Shown piece by piece: positions 17,351 through 27,747 of a stretch of DNA of 32,000 nt. Position 1 is the stretch's first letter. Every line of letters begins with the position of its first letter. The notes beneath the pieces are model-generated. The model was not told the origin of the DNA and ran no database searches. It worked only from the letters and a program-made list of their open reading frames with translations. The position numbers and the translations under genes were made by a program. The stretch covers positions 1,110,001 through 1,142,000 of the forward strand of contig NC_014537.1 of assembly GCF_000148385.1 (NCBI RefSeq), in the 5' to 3' direction. Source of the stretch: Vulcanisaeta distributa DSM 14429. Its GTDB lineage: Archaea > Thermoproteota > Thermoprotei > Thermoproteales > Thermocladiaceae.

Positions 17351-17945
17351 CGTAGTTAAGTAGCGCATTCGCTATTAACCTTGCCACCCTAATTGGCTCA
17401 GGCCTCTTACCCTCCCTAACAAACTTCCTGATTATCGTCCTAGCAGTCCTATAATCAATTCCTGCAAACCTCACATAAATCCTCAAACCACCAGGTAACA
17501 ACATCTCCCTAGGCTTACCCAACTTCTCATAAAGCCTCACCCTCACGTCCGAATCACTTGGAAACAACTTCCTCAGCGCATTTACGACATCACCCTCAGG
17601 CTCCTCGAAGGTCAGGCACATTATTGGCAAGCCCAGCTCATTCGACAGCCTCTCCAGGTCGATTATGTTGTACCAGGATATTATACACCCATCAATCATT
17701 ATCAACTGAATGTCATTCCTACTAAACGACCTGTACAGACTTATTACAGCATCCGTAGCATCTAAACCACCAACGGTAGTTCTACCCAACGACACACCAT
17801 CAATAACACCATCACTCCTCATGACAACACCAACCAGTATTGAATACCTAAGATCCAGCCTAAAGCTCTCGGCAATACCAAGGGCCCTTACGCCAGGCTT
17901 ACTAACAAGCGCGTCAATACCCATACTATCCCAATCACGTAGCAC
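17337..17945 (-). CDS. DUF99/UPF0215-family protein (EndoV-like fold)
   Basis: 202 aa. The pattern RALGIAESF...ILVGVVMRSDGVIDGVSLGRTTVGGLDATDAVISL...IQLIMIDGCIISWYNIIDLERLSNELGLPIMCL matches my memory of UPF0215 (GiDD..f...vvG.v.rg...idGv....i.vdG.DaT..i......villdGi..gGFN.vDi..l...tg.PVi.V). Confidence 0.7.
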   Translation of the reverse strand: MLRDWDSMGIDALVSKPGVRALGIAESFRLDLRYSILVGVVMRSDGVIDGVSLGRTTVGGLDATDAVISLYRSFSRNDIQLIMIDGCIISWYNIIDLERLSNELGLPIMCLTFEEPEGDVVNALRKLFPSDSDVRVRLYEKLGKPREMLLPGGLRIYVRFAGIDYRTARTIIRKFVREGKRPEPIRVARLIANALLNYVRAP

Positions 17946-18045
17946 TCTATGCCTGTTATAATACTTAACGCAAATGCGCAGTCAATCATTACGGGTATTG
18001 ATCCCTGGAATTTACAGTAATGATTCTCATAGGTGACCTCAATCA

Positions 18046-19710
18046 TTAAGTAATTTGAATAACTTTACCGTATTTACATGCATATGTCTGCGGGCTCCCA
18101 TAGTAATTGGTTGCATTAAGTATAAAGCCGAATGTGGGTAAACCATAGACCTGAGACGCATCAACTACCGAGACGTATAGATTTGTACCAACACCAATAT
18201 TGAAGAGCTCAACCCACGTGCTCTGTGTTGTTGATGAAGTTGATGGAGGCAACAGCATACCCGCAATGCTAAATATGGCACTACCCATGCTTAATAAGAT
18301 TTCGAGAGGCTCAGAATTAGGTATTAAAGCGGCTAATCCAAGGGCTATGCCCGTGAGCCCAGTGCCGAGCTGTGGCGCACTTAAGCCGTATGCAGTGTTA
18401 ATACCGCCGAGCTGTATTTGGTATTGCCCACTGACTATGTTTACGGGCCCATTACATTCATAGAGATATTCAGAGCCTGTGGTCGTGTATTCAAAACTGG
18501 CATAATCAATCACGGACGACGCATTTAAGGCGGAGTAACCAAAGTACCTCTCGGCTAATGGTACGGCACCGTAATACAGCAAACTTATTGTGCCGTTACC
18601 ATAGTCAAGAGCGTAACCATAAGCGTCGTATTCAGGTACGTAGAGCACTTCGGAAACGGTAGTTGAGCCCAAGTACTGTGTGTATCCAGTCGTTGGATCA
18701 ACGTACCAAGCATCATACTGAACAATGGCCCAAGTGGCATCTTCATAGTAGTAATATATGGAGCCTGGCACATTCACCTGTGAACCAAGCACGTACTCTG
18801 CGGTATTACCAACCCAATTCTCCTGGGTACTATAGGATGTACCTATATCTCCGTAGCCCACGGCCATGGCATTCCAATTGATTGTGCCCGAGAAGTAAAT
18901 AGCCAATGTGATCCCGAGCCCCTTATCATAACTTAACACGCCATTACTCCACGTGATCCAAGCCAGTGGTAGTGAGCCATTTATGCCCAGGCATGTTGAT
19001 TCCGGTATAAATTCGTAGGGTAGCGGCATGTAAATACTCGGCTGAGGACCACTCACGGAACAATTATAAAGCACGTAACCGCTATACGATCCAAAGACCT
19101 GAGGATCAGTCATGTTGGGTATATGGTTCATAGCTATGATCCTAAATGGCTTAATTGAGCTTACGTTTATGTATACCGTGGCCAATATGTACATGGGCGT
19201 AATGCCAGCCGCTAGGCTAGGCCTTTGTGCTGCCAGGGCCCAGCCTACATTGTATGGTACTACCATGGGTATTATCCAGGACTCATTATCGTGGATGTAC
19301 GTCACAAACACTAGTAATGAAGTGTCATAACCATTCACCGGCATTTTAGTCTCGAGCCACTTATTCACGGCATATGCCCAGTCAGTATTGTTAAATGGTA
19401 CGGTGACCGAACTACCGTAGGCATACATCACCGGCATTATGCCGTTTGGTAGGTTCACGTAAACACTGATGAAGGCATTTACGGGTGTTATTGAGGATCC
19501 GTTAATGAGGTACGTCCTAATCACCACGCCGGGCAGCATGCCCCTTATTGGTGGTGAGCTGTAATACGTTATCGTGCCCGTACTAACCCTAATCACCTGC
19601 GCAGGGCTTGGCTGAAGCGTTACTACATCCAGTGTAGAAAGTAGTATTGAGACTGTAGTGATTATTAGTATGGCCATTGTTATGAATGCTAACCTATGCC
19701 TCGTGATCAT
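18046..19710 (-). CDS. Large Tyr/Asn/Gly-rich extracellular protein with an N-terminal anchor and a C-terminal hydrophobic hairpin (paralog A)
   Basis: 554 aa. N-terminal anchor is LAFITMAILIITTVSILL. Near the C-terminus two hydrophobic segments (GLTGIALGLAALI...LLSMGSAIFSIAGMLLPP) are followed by a ~70-aa tail. There are many N-x-S/T sequons. It is colinear with the neighbouring 598-aa protein. Confidence 0.7.
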   Translation of the reverse strand: MITRHRLAFITMAILIITTVSILLSTLDVVTLQPSPAQVIRVSTGTITYYSSPPIRGMLPGVVIRTYLINGSSITPVNAFISVYVNLPNGIMPVMYAYGSSVTVPFNNTDWAYAVNKWLETKMPVNGYDTSLLVFVTYIHDNESWIIPMVVPYNVGWALAAQRPSLAAGITPMYILATVYINVSSIKPFRIIAMNHIPNMTDPQVFGSYSGYVLYNCSVSGPQPSIYMPLPYEFIPESTCLGINGSLPLAWITWSNGVLSYDKGLGITLAIYFSGTINWNAMAVGYGDIGTSYSTQENWVGNTAEYVLGSQVNVPGSIYYYYEDATWAIVQYDAWYVDPTTGYTQYLGSTTVSEVLYVPEYDAYGYALDYGNGTISLLYYGAVPLAERYFGYSALNASSVIDYASFEYTTTGSEYLYECNGPVNIVSGQYQIQLGGINTAYGLSAPQLGTGLTGIALGLAALIPNSEPLEILLSMGSAIFSIAGMLLPPSTSSTTQSTWVELFNIGVGTNLYVSVVDASQVYGLPTFGFILNATNYYGSPQTYACKYGKVIQIT

Positions 19711-19736
19711 TGTTATTGAGTTATTTTATCTAATAT

Positions 19737-19756
19737 ATATTAATTTATATTAATTT
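19737..19756 (-). promoter_or_regulatory. Perfect tandem duplication of a 10-bp AT-rich unit in the promoter region of paralog A
   Basis: The + strand reads ATATTAATTT ATATTAATTT (19737-19746 and 19747-19756). On the - strand this is AAATTAATAT x2, 27-46 nt upstream of the start at 19710, i.e. two tandem TATA-like boxes. Confidence 0.35.
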
Positions 19757-19810
19757 AATGTATTATTTTATTTGATGCATATCGCCGAAGCCGAGGAATA
19801 CGTGTCTTCC

Positions 19811-21607
19811 CTACTTATTGCAGTAGATGCCTCCTAGATAGGGCTGTGTCGAATTTATGATTATGCCCACGGGGAATGTCTCACTACTCACTGAGCCATA
19901 GCTATACTTTATGGGTGTTCCGTAAAACGCCACGTAGTATGCTGAGCCATAATTAGCGACCAGGTTAATTACGGTATTGAAGTAGAAGAATGACGAGGAG
20001 CCCGGTGGCGGAACCATGAGACCAGCTATGCCAAGGGCCACGGATGTTGCCAGACCAGCCAGGAATTGGTTACCGCCAAATATCGTGGCTATGCTTGAAC
20101 CAACACTTGGATAGGCAAGGATTAAACCGGCTATGAATAAACCTGCCTCTGCGGCTACTCCATATGGGTTGGGATTGAATGTTGATGCCGCCACACTCAG
20201 TGAGAAGTAGCAGCCTGATGACGTACATGTTATACTGGGGCTTGATGTACATAAACCACTGTAGTGGTAATTGCCGTTACTATCCCTTGAAATGAAGACG
20301 TAGTCATAAACATAGTTTGGGCTAATTAAACCGAATCTAGGCGCTACCTGGCTCATCATGAAGTTCATAATGCCATTACCGAGGTCAATGCCCGGCCATA
20401 CCCACAGCACATTATTACGTATGGCGCCTGGTAGTAGGTTAATAACAGCCGTGGCGTTGGCATACTCATTAAGTGGATAGGTATAGCCGTTCTGATCGAC
20501 GTAATAGCCCTCGAACTGTATTAAGGCCAGGGTACCATTAATGCCTAAGTAAAGGAAGCCCGGTCCCCTATTGACGTAGTAATAAAGGTTCGGGTATGAG
20601 TACGATAACGAGGAGCTTGACGAAAATGCGAAGTACACATAGACATTATCGACATAGTTATAGCCACTATAGCCTCCATAAATAGGCAGGTTACTTGAGA
20701 ATTGCAGCGTTGGGCCAACAACCTCAAGTCCAGAACCTGGAACATTGACAGCCCCATAGAGACCGGAGCCTTTTTGGGCATAACCACCTATACTCAGCAC
20801 TATCCCGCCACCAATATTGTTGCTCCATGCATCCTTGCCCCAGGCAATCCACAGTATGGGTATTGAACCATTAAATCCAGCACAGGCACGTGGTTCCCAA
20901 TAAACAATCCCTGTACCGGCGTAGATTGATGGTGGAGCGGCATTCAGGACATTACTACTTCCGAGGCAATTGTACGGTCCTACGAAGCCGTAGGGATCCA
21001 CGGAGGGGCTCGCCATCAGTGATGAGGCATTTATTGCATTATGATTATAAATTATTCTTACCGGCGCTACCCTAGAGAAGTCTACGGTTAAGCTTATGAC
21101 TATTGATGCGTTATTTATTATCCAGGTTGGGTTATAGGGGATCGCCACCGCCACGGTCCTTGTCTCGTTCGTGGATTTGTCGAAGTACGTGATAAATGCA
21201 AGTATGGATGGCCACACAGCATCCGGCGGGTTTCTATTGGAGGTCATGATTCTTATCGTCTCCTTAGCTATGTTAATTATTGGTTTTATAATTAAACTTA
21301 CGTTTACCGAGCCGAATCCGTAGTAATAACCAACCGTGTAGATATGCCCTTCGCCAAGTGCAAATAGGCTGATGGTTAATGGGACTGGGTTATTATTTAG
21401 GTAGCCGTGAATAATGAGTATTGGCTTCCTTATGCCTGTTACATTATAATAATTGACCTGGTATGTATCAGTACTGATTATTATGATAGGTTTGGGGTTT
21501 ACTGATTGGGCAAATGTATTGATTGCTATGAGCATGGTCACGGTAATTATGGAAATAGCCAGTGCGATCATAGCTATGCCCTGTCTATGAATACCTATGG
21601 TCATCAA
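19811..21607 (-). CDS. Large Tyr/Asn/Gly-rich extracellular protein with an N-terminal anchor and a C-terminal hydrophobic hairpin (paralog B)
   Basis: 598 aa. It shares blocks with paralog A: CAGFNGSIPILWIAWGKD vs CLGINGSLPLAWITWSNG; LALIQFEGYYVDQNGYTYPL vs WAIVQYDAWYVDPTTGYTQYL; PPSIYAG vs QPSIYMP. Its C-terminal hairpin is GLFIAGLILAYP...LAGLATSVALGIAGLMVPPP. Confidence 0.7.
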   Translation of the reverse strand: MMTIGIHRQGIAMIALAISIITVTMLIAINTFAQSVNPKPIIIISTDTYQVNYYNVTGIRKPILIIHGYLNNNPVPLTISLFALGEGHIYTVGYYYGFGSVNVSLIIKPIINIAKETIRIMTSNRNPPDAVWPSILAFITYFDKSTNETRTVAVAIPYNPTWIINNASIVISLTVDFSRVAPVRIIYNHNAINASSLMASPSVDPYGFVGPYNCLGSSNVLNAAPPSIYAGTGIVYWEPRACAGFNGSIPILWIAWGKDAWSNNIGGGIVLSIGGYAQKGSGLYGAVNVPGSGLEVVGPTLQFSSNLPIYGGYSGYNYVDNVYVYFAFSSSSSLSYSYPNLYYYVNRGPGFLYLGINGTLALIQFEGYYVDQNGYTYPLNEYANATAVINLLPGAIRNNVLWVWPGIDLGNGIMNFMMSQVAPRFGLISPNYVYDYVFISRDSNGNYHYSGLCTSSPSITCTSSGCYFSLSVAASTFNPNPYGVAAEAGLFIAGLILAYPSVGSSIATIFGGNQFLAGLATSVALGIAGLMVPPPGSSSFFYFNTVINLVANYGSAYYVAFYGTPIKYSYGSVSSETFPVGIIINSTQPYLGGIYCNK

Positions 21608-21711
21608 TATAATTCCTTAATAAGGGGCCTTTTACTTTACTTTTTTACCTTTACTTCGGTTATTCATAAAATTTGAGTCGAATTAAATTAAATAGAATTT
21701 AAGTAACTACG

Positions 21712-22581
21712 TTAGACCCTCGGCTTTAAACCCAGCCTTATTAATCCATCCCTGAGTTTCTGCACCTCGGCCTCACTTAACGGCCTTAGGTATGGCTCCT
21801 TAACAGTTCCAAAATCATAACGGAGTAAGTGGACTAGCCTGTAGTAACCATCAACGCCTGGGTAATCCCTAATTAGCTCCCTAACCTTGGCTATAAGGTC
21901 CTGCTTCTCCATGGCGGACTGCAACCTACCGGCCCTGAAGTCATTGAACATCTCCCTCATGACCTCCGGAAGTACATTAGCCATCGCCGATATGCAGCCC
22001 TTTGCCCCAACCATGAGCGCAGGCAGTATTGTGGAGTCTGCACCATTAAGTACCGTTATACCTAGCCTAACGTGGCCCATTATCTGCGTTATGTCGCCAG
22101 TACTATCTTTAACACCCGCTATTTTAACGCCGTCACTGAGCAGCCTCGCTATTAGGTCTGGCGTTACATTAAAGCCCGTGTTCTGCGGTATGTTGTAAAT
22201 AAATATTGGTAACTTCGTTAATTGAGACAGCTTCTCGTAATACCTCCTCAGTGTTTCATAATCCGGCCTATAGTAGGTTGGCGGTATTGATGAGATGGCC
22301 ACAGCGCCATACTTCTCGGCGAGCCTCACGGTCTCCACCACGTCCTGCCAATTAAATGAGAAGACGTGGACCATCAACTGCCTATTCGTATTCCTGGAAA
22401 TGACCTCCAGGGCTTCCCTCCTCTCCTCAAGTGTTAGGTATGGTCCCTGGCTGGTTGTGCCAAATGGGTAGAAGCCGTCAACGCCTGCCTTCGTTAATGA
22501 GTCAACGTGCCTTGCGAGGGATTCCTCGTCTAATTTACCGTTTTTAAAGGGTATTGCCAGTGCTACGAATATGCCCTCCAT
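21712..22581 (-). CDS. DapA/N-acetylneuraminate-lyase-family class I aldolase, closest in motif pattern to crenarchaeal 2-keto-3-deoxy-(phospho)gluconate aldolase
   Basis: 289 aa from ATG 22581 (the ORF track starts at TTG 22599). Motifs are FGTTSQGPYLTLEER (GTTG-type), IFIYNIPQNTGFNV, and the Schiff-base Lys context IAGVKDSTGD. Confidence 0.75.
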   Translation of the reverse strand: MEGIFVALAIPFKNGKLDEESLARHVDSLTKAGVDGFYPFGTTSQGPYLTLEERREALEVISRNTNRQLMVHVFSFNWQDVVETVRLAEKYGAVAISSIPPTYYRPDYETLRRYYEKLSQLTKLPIFIYNIPQNTGFNVTPDLIARLLSDGVKIAGVKDSTGDITQIMGHVRLGITVLNGADSTILPALMVGAKGCISAMANVLPEVMREMFNDFRAGRLQSAMEKQDLIAKVRELIRDYPGVDGYYRLVHLLRYDFGTVKEPYLRPLSEAEVQKLRDGLIRLGLKPRV

Positions 22582-22634
22582 CGTAGGTATTCGGCACAAG
22601 GCCCTTAATAAAACTATTTACTTACATATCATAA

Positions 22635-25130
22635 TTAATCGGTTCCCTGAATAATCCTCCTCTCATTACCCTCCTTAATAAGCCTGATAACACTATACTT
22701 AACATTAGTCTCCTCAGCCGCCTTCACAATATCATTAACCAAATCCTCCGACTGTGTCGTGATTATTACCTGCCCAACCAAGCCCTCGCTAACGAACCTG
22801 GTTAATAATGCCGCAAAGGCCCTCCTAATGTTCACGTCAACGTAAGGTATTGGTTCATCCATTAGCAGGAAGTCGACATTATGATTAGTGGCCCTATAAA
22901 CACTCAATAGGAATGAGAGGGTTATTGTCAGCCTCTGCCCATCACTCAACCTGGATATTGTAACCTTCCTACCGCCAGGTCTGATGGCGTAGAGCGTATA
23001 TTCACTGACCACCCCAACAACGCCCCTATCCCTAACCGTAACCTCAATGCCCGCCCCCTCAAGGTCATTGTATGGGTATAGCAGCTTGAAAATTGCGCCA
23101 ACGTTATCCCTAACAATCTTAATCATCTCATCCCTAACCCTTGCCTGAACCTCCCTAATACCAGCCCTAATCCTAACCAGCCTGTTATAGAAGTCCTCAA
23201 GGAAGTCAAGTCTCCTCCTGAGTACTGATGGGTCCTCCTTATCGAAGCCAAGGCTCGACAGTGCAAGCTCAAGCCTACTTAACTCCGCTGAGTCATCACC
23301 TAATTTGGCCCTAACCTGGGTTAACCTCTCATCGAGATACCTAATCTGGTCTTCAATGCTTGTTACGGTCTTCGTGTCAATACCGAGATTACTGAGTTGC
23401 TGCCTAAGCTCCTCCTCCTGCTGCTTCAGGGAATTAAGCTCCCTATACTTTCTTAGGTATGAAATTGCCCTATCAATATCGTCAATTTCAGCCCTAAACT
23501 CATCAACAAACCTCGTAAGCGCCTGAATCCTCCTATCAATATCCCTAATGGACCTCTCAATTGTCTCAAGCTTTGAGACCACAGCCTCAAACCTGGACCT
23601 GACATCCCGCGCACGTTCAACGGTGGCCTCATAATCATTAACGATAGGTAACAGGGTCTCCATGTTTGTCAATACCTTCTCCAGCTCATTCAGTTTATTC
23701 CTTATTTCCTCAATTTCGTCGTTACGACCTTTCGATAACTCCTCAATCCTCCTCTTAATGTTCTCATAATCCTCCTCACTTAACGGCCTATTGCAGACAG
23801 GGCACCTCTCCTCATGATTACTCAGTATGTACTGTAAGACATTTAGTAACGATATCCTAAAGCTCTCCTCGGAACTAAGCTTCTCAAGCCTACTCCTCAA
23901 CTCCTCAATGTCCTTCCTAACCTTAATCGGCTCGCCATACTTACTAACCAATGCTCTATACTCCCTAACCCTGGACTCCTCCTGTGAAAGCCTCGCTTCA
24001 AGCTCCCTAAGTGATGCCTTCAATGACTCGGACTGGATCTCGAGATCATTACGAACATTACTAAGGTACTCCCTATCCTCAACCAGTTTATCCTTAAGTT
24101 TGGCGAGCTCCTCAAAGGCCTTGTATATATTCTCGGCGGCCTCGGCTAGGTTATCGTTAGTTATCACTAATTTACTAACCTCATCAGCCTCCTTAACAAG
24201 TGCGTACTCCTCAAGCTTCTCAATTAACGAATCCCTAAGTCTCTCAAGCCTAAGCCTAATGCTCGTCTCATTAACCTCCTTAACGCCCACCCTCTCAAGC
24301 TCCTGCTCAAGGTTCTCCCTCCTAATCCTAATAGCGATATAATTACTATATACCTCCTCAACACCCTTAAAGTTCTTCAGTATTTCCTCCCTCCTTTTTA
24401 GTAAGTCATTGTATGTATTGCTGAGTTCCTCCTCCTCCTTCCTCAACTTATCAATTTCCTCCCTCAACTCCCTAACCTTTTCCCGCGCCTTCTCAATGGA
24501 GCCGTACTTAACTATTATTTCAGGGAGCTCCTTAACACTGGCGAGTCTCTGCCTAAGTCTATTAATCAATTCCTCAAGCTGAGACATGGGTAATGACTTA
24601 TTTAAATTATCGAGAATCTCAAGCCCAAATAACTTATCAATGAATATGCTCCTCTTCGTGATACTACCATAGACTAACGCCTCAAGGGTCCTATGTGTGA
24701 CTAGCACGAACCTCTCAAAGTCATCATCATCAACGCCCAGGAACTCTATGATCTTGGGATTGACATCATCACCCTTATACCTAGTGCCGTTAATCATGGC
24801 GATGGGGCTTTCCCTCGCCGTTTCACCAGACCTCTTAAGCTCCCTAACTATCTCAACACCATTCGTAAGTACAAGCTTAACGAGTGAAGAATTCGAGTCC
24901 TCATTTATTAAGTCAGCCAGCTTTGAAACCCTCTCCTTAACCTCCAATTGAGTTCCATAGAGTGCATACTCAATTGCCTGAACAATACTTGTTTTGCCGG
25001 AGCCAACGGGTCCATGGATTATGTTAATACCGTCATTAAAGACAACCCTATGCTCGCCCCTAAACCCCCTGAAGTCCCTAATGGTTAATTCACTAATCCT
25101 AACCTTCACCCTCACCCACCTCAACGCCAA
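22635..25130 (-). CDS. Rad50/SMC-like ATPase with a central CxxC hook; arcadin-4 candidate of the arcade cluster
   Basis: About 825-831 aa; the start is uncertain (GTG codons at 25115 and 25109 are alternatives to 25130). The N-terminus reads RISELTIRDFRGFRG...INIIHGPVGSGKTSIVQAIEYALYG (Walker A). Long coiled coils flank ERCPVCNRPL (Cys codons 23804-23802 and 23795-23793). The C-terminus has LSDGQRLTITLSFLL (signature motif) and DFLLMDEPIPYVD (Walker B). Confidence 0.8.
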   Translation of the reverse strand: MALRWVRVKVRISELTIRDFRGFRGEHRVVFNDGINIIHGPVGSGKTSIVQAIEYALYGTQLEVKERVSKLADLINEDSNSSLVKLVLTNGVEIVRELKRSGETARESPIAMINGTRYKGDDVNPKIIEFLGVDDDDFERFVLVTHRTLEALVYGSITKRSIFIDKLFGLEILDNLNKSLPMSQLEELINRLRQRLASVKELPEIIVKYGSIEKAREKVRELREEIDKLRKEEEELSNTYNDLLKRREEILKNFKGVEEVYSNYIAIRIRRENLEQELERVGVKEVNETSIRLRLERLRDSLIEKLEEYALVKEADEVSKLVITNDNLAEAAENIYKAFEELAKLKDKLVEDREYLSNVRNDLEIQSESLKASLRELEARLSQEESRVREYRALVSKYGEPIKVRKDIEELRSRLEKLSSEESFRISLLNVLQYILSNHEERCPVCNRPLSEEDYENIKRRIEELSKGRNDEIEEIRNKLNELEKVLTNMETLLPIVNDYEATVERARDVRSRFEAVVSKLETIERSIRDIDRRIQALTRFVDEFRAEIDDIDRAISYLRKYRELNSLKQQEEELRQQLSNLGIDTKTVTSIEDQIRYLDERLTQVRAKLGDDSAELSRLELALSSLGFDKEDPSVLRRRLDFLEDFYNRLVRIRAGIREVQARVRDEMIKIVRDNVGAIFKLLYPYNDLEGAGIEVTVRDRGVVGVVSEYTLYAIRPGGRKVTISRLSDGQRLTITLSFLLSVYRATNHNVDFLLMDEPIPYVDVNIRRAFAALLTRFVSEGLVGQVIITTQSEDLVNDIVKAAEETNVKYSVIRLIKEGNERRIIQGTD

Positions 25131-25275
25131 CCTTACTCAACTCCTCATTAATCGCCTTAATAATGCCCCTTCTACCACCCTCCTTATAAGCCATGTAAAG
25201 CTTAATGGCTAATTCAGCGTCCTGCCCAAGCCTATCCCTCAGGAACTTAATTATTAATTCATCAAGCTCACCCAT
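25099..25275 (-). CDS. 58-aa helical protein overlapping both neighbours; arcadin-3 candidate by position only
   Basis: From ATG 25275 (MGELDELIIKFLRDRLG...). It overlaps the upstream stop (ATGGGTGA) and the start region of the Rad50-like gene. The assignment rests on gene order alone. Confidence 0.4.
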   Translation of the reverse strand: MGELDELIIKFLRDRLGQDAELAIKLYMAYKEGGRRGIIKAINEELSKVGVEVGEGEG

Positions 25276-25954
25276 TACCACCACCCCTCCTTCTTAATAC
25301 CTCAATCCACGGATTATTACTAAGGAAGTCAGGTAACTCATTGTTAATTGTCGAGCCCCCCTGCGCCGTAGTATTTGTTAACCCTGTGGCTTGTAACCCA
25401 ATTCTCTCGAGCTTATTAACACGCTCAATTAACTCATTAATTATCTGCTCAATCCTCATCACCCTATCCCTCAACTCATTAATGTCCTTGGTTAGTGGTT
25501 GAATGTTAATGCCCGATAGGGAATTCCTCACATCATTAATTGCCTTCTCAAGGTCATCAATCCTCTTCTTAATGCTATCATCAATACCCTGTTGTAGCTG
25601 TATTGGTATGCTTGGTATTAACTCCTCCACAGCCCTTTCGGGATCAGTTGATGACAAGTCATAAATGTAAACACCAACCCTATTGCTTCTGAATAATTTA
25701 CCGTTTATCAAACCCCTGGCGCTCTGTGGAAATGCTATGTACGCCTTATTGTAGTTAAATCTATTCCTCATGACATTACTAAGCTCATCAATTATGTAGG
25801 ACTCCGTTGGGAACTCCTCTGTGGATATCCTGAGGTAAACCGTGTTATTACCCTCCATGAGCACGATCTCCTTCTCGCTCAGTTTATCCACTATCCTAAA
25901 ACCCCTCTGTAGCAACCACTCCTCAATAAGCTTCCTCGCAATTTCAATACTCAT
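25268..25954 (-). CDS. 228-aa protein with a central coiled coil; arcadin-2 candidate by position and size
   Basis: An N-terminal globular part is followed by heptad-like DDSIKKRIDDLEKAINDVRNSLS...DINELRDRVMRIEQIINELIERVNKLE. The basic/aromatic tail is ELPDFLSNNPWIEVLRRRGGGNG. It lies directly downstream of crenactin, with a TATA-like GGTTAAAAAGCG (- strand, 25983-25994) in the 71-nt spacer. Confidence 0.55.
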   Translation of the reverse strand: MSIEIARKLIEEWLLQRGFRIVDKLSEKEIVLMEGNNTVYLRISTEEFPTESYIIDELSNVMRNRFNYNKAYIAFPQSARGLINGKLFRSNRVGVYIYDLSSTDPERAVEELIPSIPIQLQQGIDDSIKKRIDDLEKAINDVRNSLSGINIQPLTKDINELRDRVMRIEQIINELIERVNKLERIGLQATGLTNTTAQGGSTINNELPDFLSNNPWIEVLRRRGGGNG

Positions 25955-26025
25955 TACACCTACACATTACTAACTAACAACTCGCTTTTTAACCTAATTG
26001 AATCATAAGACTAGAATGAAAGGAC

Positions 26026-27342
<1,317 letters not shown>

Positions 27343-27675
27343 TCACCAGGTCGCCTTTATTGCGATGAACTCATTATTAAACATTATTACGTACGTATCA
27401 TCAAATGACTTAACCCTGGGCTTCAAATAATCCCTTAATTTATCTGGTAATGAATTAATTGACCCATTAATGCAATTAAGCACTTGATCAAGGATCTCCT
27501 TTAAATGCTCGCTTGTGGTCTCTACGTAATACATTGCTTGATACTTAACTCCATTATCTATGGCTAAGAACTTAAGATTAAGGCTACTTAGTATGCATGA
27601 TATGAATTTGCGTCCCTCCTTAATAACGTCATCCTCATCCTTCACCTCACCAACCTTACACTCCTGACAACTCAC
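27343..27675 (-). CDS. 110-aa protein immediately upstream of crenactin; arcadin-1 candidate by position and size
   Basis: GTG start at 27675. The stop TGA (27345-27343) lies 6 nt before the crenactin ATG. I recognise no motif. Confidence 0.45.
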   Translation of the reverse strand: MSCQECKVGEVKDEDDVIKEGRKFISCILSSLNLKFLAIDNGVKYQAMYYVETTSEHLKEILDQVLNCINGSINSLPDKLRDYLKPRVKSFDDTYVIMFNNEFIAIKATW

Positions 27676-27747
27676 GTAAGTTTATTAGCAATAAGGTTTA
27701 TAAGGAGATTGCGCCTCTTGTGACGAGATTATAAGGTGCATAGTATT

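Noticed and set aside
21631-21657. T-rich quasi-repeat TTTACTTTACTTTTTTACCTTTACTTC between the aldolase-family gene and paralog B
   Set aside because: It is low-complexity spacer sequence. Both flanking genes are on the minus strand, where it reads as an A-rich 5' region. There is no dyad symmetry or second copy to suggest a defined element.
23827-24342. 171-aa Ser/Leu-rich ORF on the + strand inside the Rad50-like gene, together with the similar ORFs at 23305-23526 and 24697-24951
   Set aside because: It is antisense to a Glu/Lys/Leu-rich coiled-coil gene. Complements of GAG/AAG/CTT codons give stop-poor Ser/Leu-rich frames. The composition is low-complexity, and there is no promoter or independent motif.
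22635-25130. Reading the Rad50-like ATPase as the genuine DSB-repair Rad50, partnered with the NurA-like gene at 14820-15743
   Set aside because: The two genes are 7 kb apart on opposite strands, and no mre11 or herA is present. The ATPase is embedded in, and translationally overlapped with, the crenactin cluster, which fits arcadin-4 instead.
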